64,000 bases of DNA from Mobula hypostoma. Lineage: Eukaryota. Shown one piece after another: positions 1-12,818 of the stretch. Position 1 is the stretch's first letter. Every line of letters starts with the position of its first letter. The stretch covers positions 9,548,001 to 9,612,000 of the forward strand of contig NC_086097.1 in assembly GCF_963921235.1 (NCBI RefSeq), in the 5' to 3' direction. A program made the position numbers and the translations under genes. The notes beneath the pieces were generated by a model. The model made no database searches and had not been told where the DNA came from. It saw only the letters and a list, made by a program, of their open reading frames with translations.

Positions 1-189
1 TCTGTTAAAATTAACAGTTTTTGTTTTTATTGTACCTCATGGAAATTTGTAATTCATAAAGCTTTAACGTTGGAGCAGTACATGGTGATAAATTAAAACT
101 CTGGAAGCATACTGGGTTTTTGGACAGAGGCAACAAATGCCCACTAGGATATTGGGTTCTACCTGACAGCTTTTGCAGAGTGGATTCCA

Positions 190-356
190 AGCAACACACA
201 CAAAATACTGGAGGAACTCAGCAGGCAAGGCATCATCTGTGGAAAAGATGCAACCAACGTTTGGGCCGAGACCCTTCAGTGGGACTGTCCTGGCCTGCTA
301 CGTTCCTCCAGCATTTTGTGTGCGTTGCTTGAATTTCCAGCATCTGCAGATTTTGT
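190..356. mobile_element. Short fold-back Penelope-derived non-autonomous repeat with degenerate hammerhead motif
   Basis: Inverted arms (acacacaaaatactggaggaac ... gttcctccagcattttgtgtg) enclose aacgtttgggccgagacccttc; same family as 4328-4924 and 13200-13322. Confidence 0.75.
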
Positions 357-1502
357 CTTGGCAGAATGGGTTCCAATGGGTGGGAAACCTGCTTTTGTCA
401 CTTTTATACCGTGAATACTTCTTATCATATCTGCCAAGAGATCTCCTGAAGGCCCAGGATGGGTATCAGAAGGGGTAATTGATCACGAAGCATTTTTCAT
501 CCTCTGTTCCTAGAGTAACAGAAGACAGAGTGCAACGAGATAGAAGTTTGGACTTTTCTAAACCCTTGCAAGTCTGAAAGTCAAGACCTGGAAGTCAATG
601 ACGCCGAGGGTGAATTCCTGACGCCTGTGAGTCTGAGAATCTGAGAATTGGGGCAGATGGACTTGAGGCCCAGAGGTGGCCTGTCCTAGGGCTGGAGCTC
701 TGTCTGGGTGTGTGCTAGAAAGGGAGGCAGGTGTGGGATAAGGGCTTGTTTTGTTGTCTCGTGTTGCTGGTTACTTGTGGTGATCTGTGGAATGTTGTGG
801 TATGCCACGTTGATGCCAAAATGTGTGATAACACTTGCAGGCTGCCTCCAGCGCATGCTTGGGTGTGTTGGCCCATTTCACTGTATATCTTGATGTCCAT
901 GTGATAAATAATTTTCAAATCTGAAGTCTGCATTATAGTTACAAAGCATGACAGAATAGTTTGACATTGGGAACAGGCCATTTGACCCGTCAACTTTCTG
1001 CCAGCTCTTTGTAAAGTATTTGAATTGGACTCATTTCTCTGCACCTTTCCTCCCCTCAAGTGGTGATCCATTTTCTTTCTGAATGTTCTGAATTGATCTC
1101 ATGACTTTTGATGAAGTTGTTTCTCCATCATCTTCCTGTGGACATCGGTCTTCCTATTGGAACAGTTCTCTCATTGCCATTTGTTCCAAGTTAGCATGAA
1201 GCCTTGGCCTAGCATGCTTCCCATAGGTAGAAAGTATATACAGTTTTGATCACCTACCTACAGGAAAGATGTAAATAACGTTGAAAGAGTGCAGAGAAAA
1301 TTTACAAGGATGTTGCCAGGTCAGGAGAACCCAAGTTATAAGGAAAGATTGAATAGCTAAGGACTTTATTCCTTGAAAAGTAGCAGATTGAGAGGAGGTT
1401 TGATAGAGGTTATACAAAATTAAGAGGAGTATAGATAGGGTAAGTGCAAGCAAGCTTTTCCAGTGAGGTTGGGCAGGACTACAATGAGAGAGTTCATGAG
1501 TT

Positions 1503-3143
1503 CACAGGTATATTAAGAACAAAAGGATTGTAAGGGATAAAATTGGTCCTCTTGAAGATCAGAGTGGTCAGCTATGTGCGGAACCAAAGGAAATGGGGGA
1601 GATCTTAAATAGATTTTTTGCATCTGTATTTACTAAGGAAACTGGCATGAAGTCTATGGAATTAAGGGAAACAAGTAGTGAGATCATGGAAACTGTACAG
1701 ATCGAAAAGGAGGAGGTCCTTGCTGTCTTGAGGAAAATTAAAGTGGATAAATCCCCGGGACCTGGCAGGGTGTTCCCTCGGACCTTGAAGGAGACTAGTG
1801 TTGAAATTGCAAGGACCCTGGCAGAAATATTTACGATGTCGTTGTCTACAAGCGAGGTGCCGGAGGATTGGAGAGTGGCTCATGTTGTTCCATTGTTTAA
1901 AAAAGGATCGAAAAGTAATCTGGGAAATTATAGGCCAGTAAGTTTAACGTCGGTAGTAGGTAAGTTATTGGAGGGAGTACTAAGAGACAGAATCTACAAG
2001 CATTTGGATAGACAAGGACTTATTAGGGACAGTCAACGTGGCTTTGTGCGTGGTAGGTCATGTTTGACCAATCTATTGGAGTTTTTCGAGGAGCTTACCA
2101 GGAAAGTGGATGAAGGGAAGGCAGTGGATATTGTCTACATGGACTTCAGTAAGGCCTTTGACAAGGTCCCGCATGGGAGGTTAGTTAGGAAAATTCAGTC
2201 ACTAGGTATACATGGAGAGGTGGTAAATTGGATTAGACATTGGCTCAATGGAAGAAGCAAAAGAGCGGTGGTAGAGAATTGCTTCTCCGAGTGGAGGCCT
2301 GTGACTAGTGGTGTGCCACAGGGATCAGTGCTGAGTCTATTGTTATTTGTCATCTATATCAATGATCTGGATGATAATGTGGTAAATTGGATCAGCAAAT
2401 TTGCTGATGATACAAAGATTGGAGGTGTAGTAGACAGTGAGGAAGGTTTTCAGAGGCTGCAGAGGGACTTGGACCAGCTGGAAAAATGGGCTGAAAAATG
2501 GCAGATGGAGTTTAAGACAGACAAGTGTGAGGTATTGCACGTTGGAAGGACAAACCAAGGTAGAACATACAGGGTTAATGGTAAGGCACTGAAGAGTGCA
2601 GTGGAACAGAGGGATCTGGGAATACAGATACAAAATTCCCTAAAAGTGGCGTCACAGGTAGATAGGGTCGTAAAGAGAGCTTTTGGTACATTGGCCTTTA
2701 TTAATCAAAGTATTAAGTATAAGAGCTGGAATGTTATGATGAGGTTGTATAAGGCATTGGTGAGGCCGAATCTGGAGTATTATGTTCAGTTTTGGTCACC
2801 AAATTACAGGAAGGATATAAATAAGGTTGAAAGAGTGCAGAGAAGGTTTACAAGGATGTTGCCGGGACTTGAGAAACTCAGTTACAGAGAAAGGTTGAAT
2901 AGGTTAGGACTTTATTCCCTGGAGCGTAGAAAAATGAGGGGAGATTTGATAGAGGTATATAAAATTATGATGGGTATAGACAGAGTGAATGCAAGCAGGC
3001 TTTTTCCACTGAGGCAAGGGGAGAAAAAAACCAGAGGACATGGGTTAAGGGTGAGGGGGGAAAAGTTTAAAGGGAACATTGGGGGGGCTTCTTCACACGG
3101 AGAGTGGTGGGAGTATGGAATGAGCTGCCAGACGAGGTGGTAA
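1503..3143 (+). pseudogene. CR1 ORF2 reverse transcriptase, N-terminally truncated; frameshift in the G-run near 3080
   Basis: Open frame from 1503 (ATG 1593) with NYRPVSLTSVVGKLLE, DFSKAFDKVPH, GVPQGSVL, FADD and RDLG; no APE endonuclease. Confidence 0.92.
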
Positions 3144-3310
3144 ATGTGGGTTCTTTTTTAACATTTAAGAATAAATTGGACAGATACATGGATGGGAGGT
3201 GTATGGAGGGATATGGTCAGTGGGACTAGGCAGAAAATGGTTCGGCACAGCCAAGAAGGACCAAAAGGCCTGTTTCTGTGCTCTAGTTTCTATGGTTCTA
3301 TGGTTCTATG
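1503..3310 (+). mobile_element. 5'-truncated CR1 LINE, young copy
   Basis: ORF2 RT domain plus 3' UTR ending in a (ttctatgg)n tail at about 3287-3310. Confidence 0.95.
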
Positions 3311-3395
3311 GGTTGAGGGTGAAAGGTGAAGAGTATAAATTGAACATGAGGGAATCTTCTTCACCCAAAGGATGGAGAGAATGTTGAACAAACTG

Positions 3396-3850
3396 CCCAA
3401 GGACTTTCTACTGGGGCACAACAGAGAGCATCCTGACTGGTTGCATCACCACCTGGTATAGGAACTGTACTTCCCTCAATCGCAGGACTCTGTAGAGAGT
3501 GGTGCGGACAGCCCAGCACATCTGTAGATGTGAACTTTCCACTATTCAGGACATTTACAGAGACAGGTGCGTAAAAGGGTCTGAAGGATCATTGGGAGCC
3601 CAAGTCAGTACAACCACAAACTGTTCCAGCTGCTACCATCCAGGAAATGGTACCACAGCTGAAAAGCCAGGACCAACAGGCTCCAGGACAGATTCCTCCA
3701 CCAGGACATCAGACTGATTAATTCACGCTGATACAATTGTATTTCTATATGCTATATTGTCTGTCCTGTTGTACATAATATTTATTACAAACTACTAGAA
3801 ATTGCACATTGCACATTTAGAAGGAGACACAGTGTTAGGATTTTTAATCC
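3396..3850 (+). mobile_element. Rex1/Babar LINE 3' fragment
   Basis: ESILTGCITTWY...TAQHI...LLPSRK-type remnants; closely similar to 63240-63900. Confidence 0.8.
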
Positions 3851-4417
3851 TTCAGTTAGATACTCTGGAAGTAATCTCCCTTTTTCCATCTCAGAGATAT
3901 ATGAGATGCCTCCATTTCAGTCAAGAGATCCTCACTTGTATATTTGTATGTAAATATGTAATTGTGTTTATGGATTGGTTATGGATATTTTCAGTCTTAT
4001 GGTTTTATATGCTGTGTTTTTGTCTGTTGTTGCTCATTGTTCTTTTTTGTATGGGGAGAGGGTTGATGTTCTTGTTGCATTTTGTTAGTTCTTTTTCTGT
4101 GCGAGGAGAGGGGTGGTTTGGGAAGGTCAACGTTTAGTTGTGTTTTGTGCAGGGGAGGGGTGTTTGGTGGGGGTTGATGATTAGCTGCTGTTCTTTTTTT
4201 CTGCAGCGGGGAGTGCATTTGCTGTTTCTCTTTGAATGACTTCCATGGTTTTCTTAGTTTCGTGACTACCTGGAGAAGACGAATCTCAGAGTTGTATATT
4301 GCATACATACTTCAATAATAAATGAACACAAAATAATCTGCAGATGCTGGGGTCAAAGCAACACTCACAACACGCTGGAGGAACTCAGCAGGTCGGGCAG
4401 CATCCTTGGAAAAGATT

Positions 4418-4454
4418 GGTCGACATTCCGGGCCGGAACCCTTCATCAGGACTG
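4418..4454 (-). ncRNA. Minimal type I hammerhead ribozyme motif (one core substitution, GAAA>GGAA)
   Basis: Minus strand reads CAGTC-CTGATGA-A-GGGTTCCGGCCC-GGAA-TGTC^GACC. Confidence 0.7.
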
Positions 4455-4745
4455 TAGAGGGAAGGGGCAGAGGCCTTATAAAGAAGATGGGGGGCGGGTG
4501 AGAAGGAGAAGGCTGGTAGGCTCCAGGTGGCGGAGATCACAGAAGGGGAGCAGTGAGAGAGGGTCTCACTGAACTCCCATCGAAGAGAAGATTTAAACTT
4601 CTTCAGGGTAGGCATACCTTGAAGAGACTTCGCAGCGGAGTAACGAATCATAAACACAAAATAATCTGCAGATGCTGGGGTCAAAGCAACACTCACAACA
4701 CGCTGGAGGAACTCAGCAAGTCGTGCAGCATCTGTGGAAAAGATC

Positions 4746-4777
4746 GGTCGACATTTCGGGCCAGAACCCTTCACCAG
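4746..4777 (-). ncRNA. Degenerate hammerhead motif (CTGGTGA; 5' arm of stem I truncated)
   Basis: Minus strand reads CTGGTGA-A-GGGTTCTGGCCC-GAAA-TGTC^GACC. Confidence 0.6.
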
Positions 4778-4835
4778 TCTTCTCCTTCCCACCCTCATCC
4801 CACCTTCTTTATGGGGCCTCTGCCTCTTTCCTCTA

Positions 4836-4872
4836 CAGTCCTGGCGAAGGGTTCCGGTCCGAAATGTCGACC
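4836..4872 (+). ncRNA. Degenerate hammerhead motif (CTGGCGA)
   Basis: CAGTC-CTGGCGA-A-GGGTTCCGGTCC-GAAA-TGTC^GACC. Confidence 0.6.
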
Positions 4873-6454
4873 GATCTTTTCCATGGATGCTGCCTGACCT
4901 GCTGAGTTCCTCCAGCGTGTTGTGAATAATAAATGAACCTTTGAACCGTTATGAGCATGTGGCATAATGAAGTAATTGTAATCTCATGAAAACACTTGGA
5001 GATATTTTCAAAGATTAGCTTTATTTGTCACATGTACAATGAAACATACAGTGGAATGCATCACTAAGTCACCAGGGATTGTGGTGGGCAAATGTTGTCA
5101 GGCTTCCCGCAACAGCATAACGTGCTCAAAACGCACTAACCTTAATCATACATTTTTAGAAATGTGGATGCAACTGGAACACCTGGAAGACACCCACTTA
5201 GCCTTGAGAAGGTTTTATTAAATTTTCAGACAGCGGAGGGAATTGTGTCCCAGTCTTACAGCTGATGCTCTAAAGCCTGGTGCTGACTGCTACACTACCA
5301 CATGCATTCTTCCCGAAAGAGTTAACATGTGATCTAAAGTACCAGGGCCTCCTTGAGCTTATCTAACACAGTACTCAGTAGCTCTAAGTTTGTGGCTCAG
5401 TGCTCACCTACCAATAATTACAATTGCTGTCAAGTAGTCAAAATAACTGACCTAGAAAAGGTTTGGTGTATTGTGAGGAAGGTCTTTGAAGAAATGGCTA
5501 CAGATCGATCTTTGAAAGCATTGACAGCTCCACATGGAGGAAGAGAGAAAGGCTGGCGCATCAATGTTTCAAAAGCCAGTGGTGCATATTGAATCAGTAA
5601 TTCTGTAGCTTCCCAGTAAGGCAGAGACAATTACATAAGGAGCAGTGATCGGTAGTACTGTGAGAGACGGGAAAAAAAAATGACAGTAACTGGATAAGGC
5701 ACAGGAGAATTAAATACAAAGAAAGATTAAACTTGATGCAGACAAGCCTTGATTTCAGCAGCATCACTGCCTAACAGGACTAAATGCAGAATGGATATAT
5801 AGGCAGCCCTGAAGCATACAATGGACAAAGTGAGTCACTCACAGTGCATATAATGAGAATGGAAATGTCTTTCATTGTAAAGAACTCTGAAAGTAGAGGA
5901 TGATATTGAAAATCTGTAGGCACAGTATGTTGCCAAAAGAAAGAATGAAAGAAGACTGTTCAATTGATGGAGATGAGTGCTGAGATTTATTGTATGCTTT
6001 CTAATCTAGCAGTCTCACAGAAAGTCAGAGATGTTCCAGACACAAATGGGAATCGTGGTTATTTCAATCAACAACCTTTCGAAGGATACCAGCTTGGCAC
6101 AAAAACAATGAAAGTGAGAAACAGTCAGTTAGCATAATGTTCCATTAAAGGTTGAACCGGTACCAAAATTTTGTTGATTACTTAAATTGTTGTGTTTGAC
6201 ATACATTTGTGTGTAGTTTAAAAGTTTGAACAGATTCTGTCCAAATTGTTAAGCACAGAAAGGTTTATATTTGACCTGACTTGCAAAATTACAACATTGA
6301 GAGAAAAAAAGCAGAAAAAAAATCCAGGGGACGTTGTTCTTCAAGACGGATAAACATGTCAACAGTTTATGGAGCATAGATATAGAACAGGATAGATCCT
6401 TCAGCCCACCACATTGTGCAGACAAATAAAACCTATTCCACAAACAGCCTAACC

Positions 6455-6534
6455 CAAGGGTTCTCAGCCTGTGGTCCATGGACTCCTCAGTTAATGGTAG
6501 AGGTCCATGGCCTAACAAAGGTTGGAAACTCCTG
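6455..6534. mobile_element. About 80-bp hAT-type MITE inside a CR1 3' fragment
   Basis: Termini caagggttctcagcct / aggttggaaactcctg; flanks gcctaacc / gtctcacc (6 of 8 match, decayed 8-bp TSD). Confidence 0.55.
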
Positions 6535-7029
6535 GTCTCACCCTTCTCTCCTATACATCCAATAACCTTCAATTTTTCTTACATCTATGTGCCTATCTAA
6601 GAGTCTTTTAAATGTCCCTATTGTAATAGACTTGACCACCAAGTCCAGCAGTACATTCCAAGCACCCACCAATCTCTGTGTAAAAACAAACTACCTCTGA
6701 CATCTTCCCTAAACCATAGCCTTGAACCAAAGGGGTTAACTTCACTCAACTTCACTTGCTCCATAATGAAATGTTCCCACAACCTATGGATTGACTTTCA
6801 AGGACTCTTCAGCTCATGTTCTTATATTGTTATTTGTTTCTTTTTGTATTTGCACAGTGTTTTCTTCTGCACTCTGGTTGGGCAGTCTTTCATTGATCCT
6901 GTTGCGGTTATTATTCTATAGATTTACAGAGTATGCCTGCAAGAAAATGAATCTCAGGGTTGTATATGGCGACATATATTTTGATAATAAATTTACTTTG
7001 AAATCTGAATCCTCGCCTTAAAGGTTTGT

Positions 7030-7705
7030 CCTCTGGTCAAAAAGCAATCGCCGAAGTTCTCTGCCTGAACAGGGTCAGCAACAAACGATTGCAAATTTTG
7101 CCGATGCTTTCCAGAGTGACTAGTGGGGAAGAGACGGTAGCTGACCTCCTTGCAGACTGTTCGGTTGCGAAGAAAGTGTGGAGAAAAATGCAAGGGCCCG
7201 TGTCACATTTCATCCCGAACAGCTGAACGACAGAGGACTCTCTGATCTGTGGGCTGTTCCCAGAGAAGCACAGAGAAACATAAATCAGGTGCTGCTCACA
7301 GATCATCAGCTCAGTGGAAGACACACTTTGCTCTCCCTGAAACTTGCTGGTCATCCTGTATATCGAGGTATCCGTGGAGGACTGCTGCTGACTGGCATAA
7401 TCCAGGCCGCATGAGTGCGTGCTGAGGGAGGCACTGAAGCTTGGTGCAGCCATGACAAGGGTTCCGTGGGGAAGGACCACAGTGTAGGGTTCCTCTCCTA
7501 CTGGTGAGCGAAGGGCCGGATTGGGGGAGGGATTATTGAAACAGTATACCACCCCGTGGTGATAGATGAGTATCCGCAGTGCTATTGATGTGTATGAATG
7601 CCACAGAACAGTACGAAAGCATTGACTATGTATGCAAAGAGTGAAAATGCATGGAACAATTTATTCTTGTAAATATTTTTTATTATGAATAAAGCTTATT
7701 TTGTT
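7030..7705 (+). mobile_element. Tx1-clade LINE 3' fragment
   Basis: ETVADLLADC..AKKVWRKMQ...FIP and ICGLFP zf-RVT-like remnants, followed by a 3' UTR with aataaa. Confidence 0.7.
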
Positions 7706-7844
7706 TTAGTTGTAAAGGCAGCCAATTACTGCAGGTCCATGTAAGAGCTAAATGATAGGACACGTTGAGGTAGCATTCAAATTCAAACCTGGAACGAAGT
7801 TCAAAGTTCAAAGTTCAAAGTACAAAATAATGTTATTATCAAAG

Positions 7845-8729
7845 TGTCATGGGGGGGCATTGATGGCGGACCCAAATGCAAGACACAAACACATCTTGTG
7901 AGGTTAACCTGAATTGAGTTTCTTGCTCGTTACAAGAAGAGCAAAGCAGAAGCAGGAATAGCGTAATGGACAAGGACTCAGGCTGGGACTAAGGGTCTGA
8001 CCTGGAATCACGCAACTCGGACCCAGGACTTGGAAATGGACCTTGGAGCCAGGGCTCGGAACATGGACCTTGGAGCCAGGACTCGGAACTTGAAACCTCT
8101 GCTGCCAGGATTTCATACTTGAAACCTCTGGAGCCAGGACTTGATACTTGAAACCTCCAGAGCCAGGTCTTGATACTTGAAGCCTCCGGAGCCAGGAACT
8201 CTTCTTATTCACGGGACAGACTCAGACACAGGACATAAAACACTGAGCCGGGAATCCTCCTTAGACACAGGACGGAGTCAGGACTCTTCTTGACACAGGG
8301 TCAGGACCCTTCCAGGGTACAGGGCCGGGACCCCTTTTAGATGCAGGACATGAATACGGAGACCACACAATGATAGACAGTACTATAACTAGGCACAAGT
8401 GCACTCCAAGCCGCGGCCAGCTCTTGACTCACCCCAGTGGGTTAACTTTGACTGACCCGCTCTGGGAAGGGAAGGCGGCTTACTGGCACTTGCTCCGGCC
8501 AGATGACATTGGCTCACACTACCTTCAGTGACTTCGTAACGCTCTTGCGCCAAACGGCTGAAAGCCGGAGACTTAGAAACTGCCAGTTCAGCCGAGAGTA
8601 AATTGCCTCTAATCACCAAGCCCAAGGGACACGGGAAAATAGGGAACCAAAGGGAAACAGGGAGTCAATGGTCTGGATCGTAACACAAACAAAGTAAATT
8701 TAAAGGGAAACCCGATCCGGACCATGACA
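7845..8729 (-). mobile_element. Solo LTR (Gypsy-like), family A
   Basis: tgtcatgg...ccatgaca termini, perfect 5-bp TSD caaag (7840-7844 / 8730-8734), internal tandem repeats; orientation inferred. Confidence 0.85.
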
Positions 8730-9540
8730 CAAAGTACATACATGTCACCATATATAAACCTGACAGTCATTTACTTATGGGCATTTTCAGCAAATATATA
8801 GAATAATAACTATTACAGAATCAATGAATGACAGCCAAGTCAAAGATTTCAATCAGAGGGAAGAAGACAACAAATTGTTCCAATGCCAAATGAAGAAACA
8901 ATAACATAAATAAATAAACAATAAATATCAGGAACATGTGATGAAGTCCTTGAAAGTGAGTCCACAGGTTGTGGCAACAATGATGGAGCGAGTAAAGGTG
9001 AGTGAAGTTATCTCTTTTGGTTCAAGAACCTGATGGCTGAGGGGTAATAACTGTTCCTAAATTTGGTGGAGTGAGTCCTAAGGGTCTTGTTCCTTCTTCC
9101 TGATGGCAGCCGCGAGAAGAAAGCATGTCCTGGGTGGTTTGGGCTCCTGATGGTGGATGCTGCTTTCCTGCGATAGTGTTTTATGTAAATGTTCTCAATG
9201 GTTGGGAGGGCTTTACACTGATGGACTGGGCCGTATCCATTCTTTGTGTAACTGGAGTAGATCTACCAATACAAGTCCTTCACAGAGAATTTGTCAGTAG
9301 AAAAATATCGAGAGGGAGTACAAGAAAGATTAACATTTTGTTCAATAGTGTAGTGCCTTGCATCCTGGCTACTTGTAAAACTGACGGGGAACAGCAACAT
9401 TTCAAGAACAAGGTGCATAAATAGATATAGATGCTGCAGTAAGATTCTTGGTATGGATTTATTTTTGTCACTTGTACCAAGATACAGCTTGTCTTGTATA
9501 TCATTCATACTGATCAGATCATTACACAGTACACTGAGGT

Positions 9541-10442
9541 TGTCATACGGGGGTGATGGAAGAGGACCCAAATGCAAGACACAGACACTGAAGTACTAGG
9601 AACTGGACTGGGTTTATTAAGAATGCTAGGAAAGCCAAGAAGCGAGGATAAAATGATAACACGAACGTCGATGTAGAGTGACAAACTGGAAAACCTGGAC
9701 TTGGACTTGGGACTTGAACTTGACAGGGAACTCAGGTCATGACTCGGGACTCGGGTCTTGGCAGGGATTTGACACCTGGGTCTAGACTTGGCTCTTGGCT
9801 TGGACTCGGTCTCAGACTCTGACTCGGACTTGGCTCTCGACTCGGACTCGGAACTTGGCTCTCGACTCGGTCTAGGCTCAGACTTGACTTAGACACAGGA
9901 CACAGAACACTGAGCCGGAGCTCCTCCTTGGACACAGGACATATAGCTGAGACTCTTCTTAGACACAGGACATGGAATACAGAGCCGGGGTTCCTCCTTG
10001 GACACTGGACATAGAGCCAGGACTCTTCTTGGACGCAGGGCACAAAACACTGAGACCGCTCCCCCCTCAGGGTAGCGGCAGATGACCGGACCTACCCAGC
10101 GGAGGAGAGAACATGGAGAAATAAAACCACACAACGATAGACTGACCTTTATCTTGACACAAAAAGGTTCCAAGTAGCTGCAAGCCCTAGACGCGGCCCA
10201 GGAACTACAGACAGCGGCTCTAGTCTCACTCCAGTGGGTTAACTTGATGAGGTTACTGCCGAGGATGGTCCAGCAAGGAGTCACTGGACCCCAGAGCTAT
10301 TTATTTTGCCAGCCCGAAATGAGAATTAGGTGCCTCAATTAAGGCACCCAACGGAACAAGGGAAAAATGGAATAACAGGAGTACGGAATCCACCGACCAG
10401 ACTGTGAACCAGAATGCGGATTTCACAGACTGGACCATGATA
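9541..10442 (-). mobile_element. Solo LTR (Gypsy-like), family A, diverged copy
   Basis: tgtcat...ccatgata termini, 5-bp TSD gaggt (9536-9540 / 10443-10447); shares ggacccaaatgcaagacaca and ccagtgggttaactt with 7845-8729. Confidence 0.85.
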
Positions 10443-10621
10443 GAGGTAGAATAACTTACATACTTAGTTAAGGCCATCACCCATACTGGGGCATAGTCTG
10501 CCGACAGCAGCTTTCCAGAGTCCTCTGTCCTGTGCCAGTCTTTCAAGTTGTCCCCATGTGTAGCAAACCTTGTGAAATTTGAGGTTTTGTGGCAGCAGTA
10601 CATTGCAATCCTCAACATCAT

Positions 10622-10966
10622 TATGTGTCACGTCATATGATGTAGATGATCATGGTCCCATGCCCATGATTATTCTTGGCAATTTTTTCTACAGGAGTGG
10701 TTTGCCATTGTTGTCTTCTGGGCAGTGTCTTTACAAGACAAGTGACCCCAGCCATTATCAATACTCTTCAGAGATTGCTTGGCATCAGTGGTTGCATAAC
10801 CAGGACTTGCGAAATGCATCAGCTGATCAGACGACCATCTACCTCCCGCTCCTATGGCTTCACATGATCCTGATCGGGGGGCTAGGCTGGTGTTACACCT
10901 TGGTCAAGGGTGATCTCGAGGGAAGGAGTGTCTTACACCCCCTTTGGTAAAGACGTATCTCCACTT
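10622..10966 (-). mobile_element. SINE-like repeat with RTE/BovB-like 3' tail
   Basis: Reverse complement of the family at 16609, 39951 and 56047 (aatggcaaaccact...ttgccaagaa..atcatgg). Confidence 0.7.
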
Positions 10967-12818
10967 TTGCATAAGCAGTGCAAAAGGAGAGCAAAGAGAG
11001 AAATCTGATGGCCGAGGGGAAGAATCTGTAACTAAAACATTGAGTGTGTGCCTTCAGGCTTCTGTACCTTCTCTTTGATGGTAACAATGAGCAGAGGGCG
11101 TGTTCTGGGTGATAGAGGTCCTTAATGTTGGGTGGTGCCTTATTGAGGCCTCGCCTTTTGGAGGTGTTCTGGATGCTGGGGAGGGTTATGCCCATGATGG
11201 AGCTGGCTGAACTTACAATTTTCTGCAGCCTCATTGGATTCTGTGCATTGGCTCCTTCAAACCAGATGGTGATGCAACCTGTTGGAATACCCTCCATGCT
11301 ACGTCTGTAGATGTAACCATCTGTAAACATTACCAAGGGCACAGCTTGAGTAACGTACATAACATTCTTCATCACACTCTAGAAAGAATATGATTGCACT
11401 GGAGATGGGGAGAGGAGATTCACCAGAATGTTGTCTGGGATGGAGTGCATCAGTCAAGATTGGATAGCCTGTTTTGCTCCTTAGGGCAGACCAGGCCAAG
11501 GAGAGATCTGACAGAAGCATGCATAATTAGCTCAATAGCGATAGAGCTCAACTTATTGCAAGCTGTAGTTGTGTTGTTGCTGCACTTGTTGTGTACCATT
11601 GTGCTGAGACGATGCACAGTGTGAGTGACGGTCTTTGTCATTTTCATTGGGATTGCAAGACCTTGTTGGGAATCGCTAACATAGAATACTACATGTCCAG
11701 TTCACCTGTTCATTGTTGAGACCGGTGGTGGGACTGCTGCATTGCTTTGGTTTTTGTGAGGACTAGTCCTAGGCCGAGGCTGCAGTCACCTGTGGCAGTT
11801 GCCCAGGGGAGGAGATACCAAGGCAGTGCTGCCCTCTGGTGTTCACTCGGTGGAAGAACAAGCTGGACCAGGGCAAATTATCATCACAGGGACTTGGGTT
11901 ATATTATTATTTTCTCTCTCTCTCTCTTTGTGACTGTATGTTGTTTTTTTTTTCTGAAATTGTAACCATATGTGCTATTTGTGCTACGTGCTATGTGTAG
12001 TGTGCTTTTTTTTGCCACTGTATTTTGCACCAAGTCCCCAGAGGAATGTTGTTTCATTTGGCTGTATTCATGTATGGTTGAATGATAAATTAAACTTGAA
12101 CTTGAAAGGTGGGCTGCAGTAAACTCATCAACACATATCAACACCTCCACTGTTGAATCTCGTGACAGAAAGTGGTTTTGTGTGATTCTTGAGTGCAAAA
12201 TCAGCTAGCATCTGACAACCCCCCCCCACCCCTTGGAAAATTAAATATTGTGAGTCTCAAACTTTTCAGGTAGCACACTCCAGTTTCCAATACCAACCGG
12301 AATCCTAATCCCAATCTCTTACCCCTTAAACAAAGCTATACTCCATGTTCTTAGACATTCAGCTACAGGCAAACATTTCTCAAAATATTCAGTACATATT
12401 TAGATAAATAAACTTTCAAAAGTTAGACTGAATCAGTTAAGAGTCCAAATGTTAAAGTGCAACATATGATTAAAATTGTCCACTAATCAAGGATATTTGA
12501 AACAGTTTGAAAGTTCAAAGTAAATTTATTATCAAAGTACGTAAATGTCAGCATGTATAAGGCTGAGGTTTATTTTGCTGCAGCCATTCACAATAGAACA
12601 GAGAAGAACAATAGAATCAATGAAAAGCTACTCACGAAGATTGTCAATAATCAATCTGCTAAAGAAAAATTAATCTCAACTTTGGACTACGGGAGGAAAA
12701 AGGAAGCTGGAGTACCTGGAGGAAACCATCTGCAAAATAAAGCAAAATTGTAGCATCAAACTACTCATCCTTTGGTGATAAGTTCTGTGCTTTTCCTCAG
12801 AATCAGAATCAGGTTTAT

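Larger units (their letters stand above)
1216..3398 (+). mobile_element. Old CR1 3' fragment (about 1216-1502 and 3311-3398) interrupted by a younger CR1
   Basis: Decayed RVQRKFTRMLP...LGLYSL-type sequence stops at about 1500 and resumes after the young CR1 tail (gggttgagggtgaaagg). Confidence 0.7.
4328..4924 (-). mobile_element. Non-coding Penelope-derived element: tandem pLTR-like repeats (328-nt period) plus an inverted terminal segment, with three hammerhead motifs
   Basis: 14-bp TSD aataataaatgaac at 4314-4327 and 4925-4938; direct repeat starts at 4325 and 4653; inverted copy at about 4778-4924. Confidence 0.85.

Noticed and set aside
1593..3143. Domesticated or prokaryotic-type RT gene (retron, DGR, group II intron)
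   Set aside because: Canonical CR1 motifs, 5' truncation, a terminal frameshift and a microsatellite tail.
8020..10060. CRISPR-like or protein-coding repeat arrays (PSPGS and VSKEE ORFs)
   Set aside because: These are degenerate tandem repeats inside LTRs, with no unique spacers and no cas genes, in a vertebrate context.
7845..10442. Two LTRs flanking a single provirus or TRIM
   Set aside because: Each LTR has its own TSD, they are substantially diverged, and the intervening DNA is a LINE 3' remnant with no evident PBS or PPT.
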